DNA from: Malacoraja senta
Taxonomy: Eukaryota
DNA length: 64,000 bases
NCBI GenBank assembly: GCA_038087875.1
Contig: CM075998.1
Location: forward strand, 6,078,001 to 6,142,000
Reading direction: 5' to 3'
Shown here: positions 39,401-47,798 of the stretch, piece after piece
Layout of the letters: each line of letters starts with the position of its first letter
How positions within the stretch are numbered: the stretch's first letter is position 1
Made by a program: the position numbers and the translations under genes
The notes under the pieces: model-generated
The model's database searches: none
Told to the model about the DNA's origin: nothing
What the model saw: only the letters and a program-made list of their open reading frames with translations

Positions 39401-40174
39401 GAGGGGGGCGAGGTGGGGAGGAAGGAAGGTCAGCGCTCCTCGGACAACATCGCCCCGCTGCCTTGGCCGTTGGGAACTCCTCGCCACCGCCTCTCTCCTC
39501 CACCAGTCAACAGCAAGGTGCGGGGCCAGGCGGTGCAGCTGAGAGATCCTATAGTTATAGGATCTTTGATGCAACTGCTTCAGACGAGTCGGAGCGAATG
39601 ACGGGCCCCGCACAGCGGCAGCAGCGGCTCCACCGCCTCCTCCTCCCGCCCCCCGCCCACCCTGATCAGGGCCTCTGCTTGTAAATCCGCTAACAGCGAT
39701 AACCGCTTTCAAAACAAACCCTCCCGCACTCCGAGGCCTCCCCCTCCCTCCCTCCCTCCCTCCCTCCTCCCGGCCTCGGCGTGCGGGAGGGTTTGTTTTG
39801 AAAGCGGTTATCGCCGTTAGCGTGTTTACAAGCAGAGGCCCTTATCAGGGCGGGCGGGGGGCGGGAGGAGGAGATGAAGCTGCTGTTCACGGCCGCCGCT
39901 GCCGCTGTTCGGCGCCCGTCATTCGCTCCGACCCTTCCTCACCCCGCACCTAGTATCTTTGCCCCGCACGACAGCTGCCGCCGACACGTAACGTCGCGTT
40001 CCTTTTCTCCAGAGATGCTGCCTGACCCGCGGAGTTACTCCAGTTTTTTGTGTCTATCTTCGGTACAAACCAGTATCTGGTTGCCAAGCCGGGCAAAATG
40101 ACTCGGTGTTTAGGTTGCCCGGCGGCGCTTTGAGTGGTCAGTGGCACCCGGGCAACCGCTAATTTCGAGCCCTG
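36482..40174. mobile_element. Composite self-nested non-autonomous hAT-like transposon with 6-bp TSD
   Basis: Termini CAGGGCTC... and ...GAGCCCTG; GGAACC at 36476-36481 and 40175-40180; inverted arms 36482-37405 and 37850-38777. Confidence 0.8.
38900..39360 (+). repeat. Degenerate G-rich minisatellite, about 24-bp unit (GGATGGATGGGGGATCAGTACA-like)
   Basis: Repeated GGATG(G/A)ATGGGG...CAGTAC units visible. Confidence 0.7.
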
Positions 40175-40489
40175 GGAACCCCCGTGCCCTAACGATTGAG
40201 AACATCTCGGGTGTTACATCCGGGACGGTTACGTGCAAATTGTGCGCATAAAATTATTCTCAGTCTCTTATAGCAAAGCACATGTTTTGATTGACAGGGG
40301 AATTTTCCCAATCGTTGCCACTCTGTGTACAGCTAACATACAGCAATGTCATGATGTCAAACACCGACCACCGAATGGTGAACGAGGTCTGATTGACCTG
40401 GACGATGACACGTTGGCCTGGCTCGCCTCAACGGAGCTGCAGGTCTAAAAGACACACGACAGAAGAAGAAGATGATGTGAAGATTTAAA

Positions 40490-41222
40490 TTTTTTTTTTT
40501 TTTTTTTTTTAATTTAATTTTATTAGAAGTACATTACATTACAAACCACATACATTAGTACTTGTCATTTATATCTTCTTACAATTAATGTACTCCATTT
40601 ATTTTTTACACTAGAAAAGGAAAAGATTGAAAGAAAGAAGAAAGTGAAGGAAAAAGTGAAAGTGTAGGAAATGTGACAACAAAAAACGACGAAGACCCTA
40701 TAAGAGCAAAATTAAAAACAAAAGAAAAAGAGTTAAGAAATAGACCCTAGGAAAGAAAGAAAGAGAGAAAGAGGAAAAAGAGAGAAACAAATATTTTTAT
40801 GAGCATTACGTAAATGGGACATACCAACTCTTCAACTATCATCCCCCCTTACCTGACCTCAATTTTTTTTAAAGTACTTTTGCACCCTATGTTTGTAATA
40901 ATTCTATAAATGCAGACCACGTCAGGTGGAAGTGATCTGGTTTACCTGCCAGGAGGAGTCTTATCTCTTCTAGGTGTAATGTTTCAAACATATTTGAAAT
41001 CCACATATTTATAGTTGGTATTGGAGCCTTCTTCCAAAATTTTAGAATTAGCTTTTTTCCAGTTATTAACCCATAGTCCATTAGTTTCTTTTGAAACACA
41101 TTTAGATCTGGACCATCTTCCGTTATACCGAAGATAATCCATTCTGCTTTGGGTATCAGTCTTGTTTTAAATAACTTTGTAAAGATTTCAAAAATTTAAT
41201 TCCAAAATTTTTGAATTTTTGT
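40490..41222 (-). mobile_element. L1-clade 3' fragment flanked by an 80-bp direct repeat
   Basis: Poly-T at 40490-40510; ORF 40887-41099 (KKLILKFWK...W) is an L1 C-terminus; 40410-40489 equals 41223-41302. Confidence 0.85.
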
Positions 41223-41477
41223 ACGTTGGCCTGGCTCGCCTCAACGGAGCTGCAGGTCTAAAAGACACACGACAGAAGAAGAAGATGATGTGAAGATTTA
41301 AAGAAAATATACGGCCTATTTTCATTGTTCGAGGGATCACAATTTATATGAAACTTGTTTAACTTAATATAATTCTTCTTTAAAAAAAAGCATTTCTGTC
41401 CTCGACTAAAGGTGTGGGCTCTCGCTGAAGGTTCCATGAATGCCAGCACAATAAAATCTCTGTTCATTGCATCTCAG

Positions 41478-41566
41478 CCTGGCAGGGGAGAGACCGTGAT
41501 CAAAAAGGCACGAGGTCTTTTGGCTGTTCTTATCAGAACAGTTCTGGCGGTTCTCCCAGGTCAAGG
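41478..41566 (+). ncRNA. U1/U2 snRNA-derived mosaic in the Tx1 5' leader (not a functional snRNA gene)
   Basis: CCTGGCAGGGGAGAGACCGTGATCAAAAAGG and GGCGGTTCTCCCAGGTCAAGG match consecutive U1 5' segments; CTTTTGGCT and CTGTTCTTATCAG between them match U2 5' segments (reference snRNA sequences recalled from memory). Confidence 0.75.
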
Positions 41567-42939
41567 ACGAGGATCGCGGATCTAGGACGGATTGAAATTG
41601 GAGGTCACCAGGAGTCAGTTGTTGGCTTAGAGGTGGATCCAGGCTGATTGGGTCACCAACCTAACACCTCATCCAGTTAGAATGGCAGCAGCAACTGGAG
41701 CGGGAGGACAGGGAATCCGCAATACCCTGCGAGTGAGCATGAAGAACCTCAGCGAGGGGACTCCCTTCTGACGGGACCTATTCATCAGGAAGGTCTTGTT
41801 GGAGGCCTGCAAAATGTTGCCGAGGACATTCACTGTCTCCAGGACTTCCCTGGTAACGGATACTTTGATGTCACTTTCAAGTATCCAACGGGATGGCAGA
41901 AGTTGATGGAAGACTTCCGGGAGAAGGGGAATGAAGCTCCGCTGTCGCTGCTGAAGGTGCAGCCGCTCTTCACCCTCCCCACCCAGAAGGAACGGATGAT
42001 CACGGTGCACATGTTCAACCCACATGTGCCCGTCGTGGATGTCCTCACCTTCCTTGCTCGTTATGTCGAGGGAGCAGGGAACTGTGTGGATGTGAAGGAC
42101 CTGTTCGGGATCTGGACAAGCAAGCGGCAAGTGAAGATGAAGCTGAGGGTGGACGAGAAGGGAGCCATCATCCACCCTCCCTCAGTGTTCGCTATCGGAG
42201 GGAACATGACCTACGCGGGGCCACCCAGGCTGTGCAGGAAATGCAACAAGCCTGGGCATGTGATGGCCCAATGCAGTGCAGTTGTCTGCAAGAACTGCAA
42301 GCTGGAGGGCCACGAGACAAAGGACTGCCAAGTGAGCAAGAACTGCAACCTGTGCGGGGAGGCAGGCCACCTTTACAGGGCCTGCCCTAAAAGAGTCTGC
42401 ACTTACGAACAGGCAATAAGAGGGCCTGTTGCCAACACCCCCATGGTGGGCGGGACGCCTCCCACCACTGCCAAGACCCCTGCAGAAAGAGAGAACAGTG
42501 ATGGGGACAGCCCGACCACCTCGAGCCCCCAACCGCCGGACAGAGACCCCGAGCCCCCTGCCCAGGAGGGAGAGTCGATGGAAGAGGGGGAACAGGAGGA
42601 GGCATGGCAGATGGTGAAAAGCAAGAAACACCAGAGGGCTCTGCCCAAGGAGCCAAGGCCGGAGGGAACGGGAAAGTCCAAGAAAAGACTCCTCTCCCAC
42701 ACCGACGCTAGCAACCTCTCCTCGTCGGAGGATGAGTTGATATCGGGGACCCGACGACGGATCAGAGGAAGAAAATGGGTGAGGAGATTGGAAAGGGAGC
42801 GGACACGCCTGTTGTCCCCCAGCTCCAGGAGACCGGGAGCAGTGCAGCGGCCAATGGGCCCCAGCTCTGGGAGACCGGGAGCAGTGCAGCGGCCAATGGG
42901 CCCCAGCTCTGGGAGACCGGGAGCAGTGCAACGGCCAAT

Positions 42940-44842
42940 GGTAGCGTTGTTACAAAAACCTACCATCAGCGGCGCTCCTGATCTGCCACTGCCTGTGTGT
43001 GCAATTCCGGAGGCTTTGGGGGAGGGGGGGGTTAAAATGTAGGTTTGTATTGGTTGTCGGAGAAGGATTTCCTCGGGCTGCTAGCTGATGAAGAAAAGTC
43101 GTACGTGCTTCCCTTCCCGTTTAAAAAAAAAAATTGCTGGACAATTGCGTCGCTGGATTGAACTTAAACGCGACTAAAAATGCCTTCAACATCACGGATC
43201 GCAATATCAGGACAAAACAAAAGGTATGTCGTTATTTAATATTATTTTGCTTTTTGGTGTGGCTTCATTTTAATCTTATGATGCGAAAAATGTTATTTAA
43301 GCCCACATACGAATCGGCCATGTCTAGCCTGCCGATCGGGGCTTAAAATTTATGCCAACGGCAACATTTCAATCAATCAAATTCCAGAAACATCCACTCT
43401 CAAGATAATCAAATACTTTTTTTTTGCACAATAATAATAATAATAATAGATTTTATTTGTATAGCGCTTTTCAGGACTCAAAGTCGCTTCATGTCATAAG
43501 AACATCTAAATCATCTATATTTTGTGTTATTGTCCACCCATGATCAATATTTTCATACTAAATATCCACAGTACAGTTTTAGTCAGATGTATTGTGCAAA
43601 AATAATGATTTTGATTATCCTGAGAGTGGATGTTTCTGGATTAATTTATGGGAATTAAACATGAAATTCCTTCCATTTGGCATAAATTCATGACAAAGAT
43701 TTAAAAATCATGTCATATTGTGAATTCTTGTGTGAATGGGATCAGTTTGTTATTTGGATACTTGGGCTATTTAAAAATGTTAGCCTTTTCTTAAGAAATG
43801 GATAGATGTTTAGATCTAGTAATTGAATTTAGATTAATTTAATTGATTAGATGATTTGATGAAACTGATGAATATGAATTTTTTGTTGGGTATTTACTAT
43901 TTGTTTTAGCGTTTAACTTTATCATTTCTACCTTTTTTTCTAAAACTGCAAATAATAACTTGTTTCTGTTAATGCTGTTCAGTGATTTTTTTTTCTTTAC
44001 ATTTTAAACAAATGTCTCCGAAGAAGAAATGCAAAAATGTCAATCCAAATGCCCAGCACAAGAAACATGACAGCATTCGCAGAGATGATCTGAATTTGGA
44101 CTACTCCAAATGTGATGATCTCCAGGACATTGTTAATGGGAAAGTAGTGGGCAGAAAGGCATGTCATGCGTGGTTTGAAGAGCAAAAACGTGTAGTTTAC
44201 AATGCCAAAATTGAAAAGTTGAGGAAAAACAAGGTGTACAGAGTTGCTTATTGGTTACAATCTGAGGAGTATGATGATGCTACTGATTATGATATGCCAA
44301 TGTACCAGCTGGCAACTGATCTTCTCCATAAAGACTTGGTCTATTGCTAGAAATTGTAATTTATTTACCTATCTGTTACGGACTTACAGCATTTAATACA
44401 ATAATATTAAAGTTCTGATCTTGAGAATATCACATTTTTGAATTTTCAAGGCAGTCTGGGTGTTTATTACTATTTCCGTCACAACGGTCAATTTTGTAAT
44501 TAACTACAATTAGGTAACTAACTAATTATATGCTTTAATTTCAGGTCATCCAAGTAAGATGTATCATATTTGTTTCAGAATGCTTCAATCTATAATAACT
44601 GAACATTTCATTCAGTTCTCTTAATTTTTAAGAAAGTTATGGGCTTTTGACTGTCCTGAATCACAGCTTTTGTGTTAAGTCAATGGAAAAGCAATAGGGA
44701 ACAAGATATGTATGAAAATGACCATAACCTTTTTAATACTGAAGATATGAAAGTGAATTAGGTATCAAATTAGTTCTTTTATCTGATGGGATAAATTACA
44801 GGCTTGATTTTTAACATCTCAAAATGTTGTAACATTCTTACC
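42940..44842. mobile_element. Unclassified AT-rich TIR DNA transposon without transposase
   Basis: Imperfect TIRs: left GGTAGCGTTGTTACAA, right reverse complement GGTAAGAATGTTACAA. TSD AAT, or CAATG if each end is 1 bp shorter. The Tx1 repeat unit is restored on removal. Confidence 0.8.
44012..44350 (+). CDS. 112-aa protein: N-terminal NLS plus putative Spindlin/Tudor-like domain, carried by the transposon
   Basis: Intact ATG-to-TAG frame in AT-rich flanks; PKKKCK; VGRKACHAW...Y.A.I......Y.V.YW...MYQL..DL...DL pattern resembles a Spin/Ssty repeat. Confidence 0.6.
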   Translation: MSPKKKCKNVNPNAQHKKHDSIRRDDLNLDYSKCDDLQDIVNGKVVGRKACHAWFEEQKRVVYNAKIEKLRKNKVYRVAYWLQSEEYDDATDYDMPMYQLATDLLHKDLVYC

Positions 44843-45849
44843 AATGGGCCCCAGCTCCGGGAGACCGGGAGCAGTGGCCAATGGGCCCCAGCATCAGATG
44901 ACCGGGAGCAATATAGTGGCCAATGGGCCCCAACTCCGGGAGATCGGGAGCAGTGCAGCGGCCAATGGGCCCCAGCTCTGGGAGACCGGGAGCAGTGCAG
45001 CAGCCATTGGGCCCCAGCTCCGGGAGACCGGTAGCAATGAACCAGCCACCGTACCCCAGCTACAGGAGACGGAGGGGGCTGTGCACCCAGAAGAGGGTGG
45101 AACAAGGAGGGTCCTTCCGACAACAATTCCAGTTACGCCAGAGGAGACCTCCTCCTTGAGGATGCCGGCACCCAGTACCTGAGCCCCGAAACGGTGTTGC
45201 AATTCACCAAAGCGGTGGCATGAGAAGACAAGATGACGGTCAGTGACTCTAAAGAACAATGGAGCTAAAACTGCCATCTTTAAACGTGCGCAGTGTGAAG
45301 TACACTGCACGATGTGTTAATACCTTGCAGTACTTGGCCAAGGTCAAGGCAGATGTGACTTTTCTTCAGGAGTACGGGCTGCCACACCTCCGCTGCTATC
45401 GGAGATGGTCGCGATGGTGGCCCCACGGACTGTCGGTGTGGTCGGGGGGCAATGCCTGTCGCGCTTCCGGCCTGGGGATCCTGCTGCAGGGAGGGAAGTT
45501 CGCCATCACTGAGGTCAGGGAGATGGTTGGGGGGCGTCTCCTCGTGGTGGATGTTATGTACCGTGGTACTCCGCTCCGGCTGATTAATGTGTATACCTCA
45601 CCCGTGCAGAGCGAGCGGCTGGCCGTTCTCCAGCAGCTCCCACCGCTGCTGGCCACGTCCCGGCCGCTCGTTCTGGCCAGTGAATTCAACTGCATCATTG
45701 ATGCGGCTGGACGATCCGTCAGTGCCGACAACAGACTGGACAACACCTCCACGTTCCTGATGGAGACGGTAAAAGATGCAAAGCTGCACGATGCCTTCAG
45801 CAACCCAGCCGCGGTTCACCTGGTCGAGATCGGATGGTTCAGCCAGATA

Positions 45850-46604
45850 CAATGCAATACAATTTATTTATTGTCATTTGAACCTCAAATTGAGTTCAAA
45901 CGAAATTTGGTTTCTGCAGTCATACAACAAGAAAAGAACCAAGACACACACTTAACACAATTTACACAATCATCCATCACAGTGAATCTCCTCCTCACTG
46001 TGATGGAAGGCAAAGTCTTGTCTCTCCCCTGTGATGCATTCTTCTCCCGATGTTAAAGCCCCCGGCGGGCGCTGGCAAGTCCCGCGGTCGTTAAAGCCGC
46101 GCCGAGTGATGTAAGGCCCCGTTCCGGGTTCAACCCCGCAACTCGGGCGGGAGAAGTTGCCGATGCGGGAGCTCCGAAAAGCGGTCTCCCACCAGGGAAC
46201 CGCGAGCTCCCGATCTCACCGTCCACAGGCCTACAGCTGGAGCCTCCGAGCTCCGGAGTCGGGTCGCAGCCGCACGCCACCACAGCTCTCCACGCTCCGA
46301 AGCCGGCCAGCTCCACGATGGTAAGTCCGCCGGCTCCGCGACTGGAGCCCCCAGGTCGTTCCGTTTGGAGGCCGCTCCACGGTGCTAGGCCCCAACGACA
46401 ACGGAGACCCGACAGGGAAAGGTCGGGTCACCCGTACAGGGAAGAGATTTAAAAGTTTCCCCCACCCACCCCCCCGCCCCCCACATATACACAGCTAAAA
46501 ACAATATAAAAACCACAACAAACTATACATTCAACAGGACAATAATTAAAAAAAGACAGACAGACTGCAGAGGCCGCTGCAACGTCGGTCGCGCCGCCCA
46601 CTTA
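45850..46604 (-). mobile_element. Non-coding GC-rich retroposon inserted in Tx1 ORF2
   Basis: (TTGTA)n-type tail; AGATA at both junctions; related to 19100-19655. Confidence 0.7.
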
Positions 46605-47153
46605 GATAGACTTCCTCTTCACGTCGAAGGCCATCACGGTCAGACACACCGACCTCATGCCGATATTCTTCTCTGATCACTGCTTCCTTCAGGCTTCCTG
46701 TCACCGACAGGAGGACCGGAAGGCAGGCAGGGGGGACGTGGAAGTTAAATGTGAAGCTGTTAACCACAGACAACATTGAGGAGCTAAAGAGGGACTACGC
46801 ATGTTGGAGAACGGTGAGGCCCCTCTTTGACTCCCCGACACACTGGTGGGAAGCAACCAAGGAGAACATTAAGAGATTCTTCATATTTAAAGGGGTTCAG
46901 AGAGCAAGGCAGAGTCAGAGGGAATTGTGTCAACTCCAGACAGATTTGTAGCTACTGCTCCTTCTGCAGTCGAGAGTGGTGGATGTGAGGGAGGAACTTA
47001 GGGAGGTGAAGGACCGGCAAGCTCGGCTCTTTACCTCCGAATCCTCCAAGATCATCTTCCGATCCAGGGTCCGCCATGTGCTGCAGGACGAGACGTGCTC
47101 ACGTTACTTCTTCCATAAGGTTCACAGGGGGAGCTCTGTGATGAACAACCTTA

Positions 47154-47798
47154 TGGGCCTGTCCCACTTAGGCGATTTTTCAGGCGTCTGCCAGCGGCTG
47201 TCAAGTTGCCGGTGGTCGCCTGAGCAACTGGCAACTAGAACGGCGACTGTCAGAGTGGAACACACACACACATCGCAAAGGCGGGGGACAGAGCAAGCGG
47301 GGGAGCGCTGTCTGAAATTCACATGGTGCAAAGCCGAGGTGATACAGACACACACCGCGATGAACAGGAAGGTTGGCGCTGTAATTAAGACGGCTAAAGC
47401 AGTGTACGGTAAGTCCTTTAAAAGAGGGGGGAGAGAAGGAAGGAGAAGGAGTGGAGACAACTTTTAAGAAGCCAGCCAACTTTTAAAAAGCCGTGAAGTT
47501 CGGCGGACATTTAACATTACCTTGGTTCTGAAAACTACTGCTTACGTTTTTTCCCCCAATGAGCCAATGAAATTCACCGGTCCACACCGGCTACAACCTA
47601 CAAGAACCTACGAGAACCTTCGACCTCCTGGCGACCCACCTACGGCACGAGAACTCTCGCTACTCTCGTGAGGAGTTCCCAGAATGCGGGAACTCCTCAC
47701 GACCATGAAGGCGACTCCCTGGTAACCACCCGCGAACATGTGGCGACTGCATAGTCTCCTGCAGTCACCTGAAGAGTCGCCTAAGTGGGACAGGCCCA
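47154..47798. mobile_element. Harbinger-type MITE in Tx1 ORF2
   Basis: TIR TGGGCCTGTCCCACTTAGGCGA at both ends; flanks TTA/TGA. Confidence 0.8.

Larger units (their letters stand above)
41682..45240 (+). pseudogene. Tx1 ORF1 (ZCCHC3-like gag with three zinc knuckles), interrupted by 42940-44842
   Basis: GIWTSKRQV, CRKCNKPGH, CKNC...GH, CNLCGEAGH; 42-bp tandem repeat near the C-terminus. Confidence 0.85.

Noticed and set aside
41478..41566. Functional U1 or U2 snRNA gene
   Set aside because: Only short 5' pieces; no Sm site, 3' stem-loops or recognition ends.
41903..43042. Possible host ZCCHC3 gene
   Set aside because: Followed by Tx1 ORF2, carries stops and frameshifts, and has a second copy nearby; it is retrotransposon ORF1.
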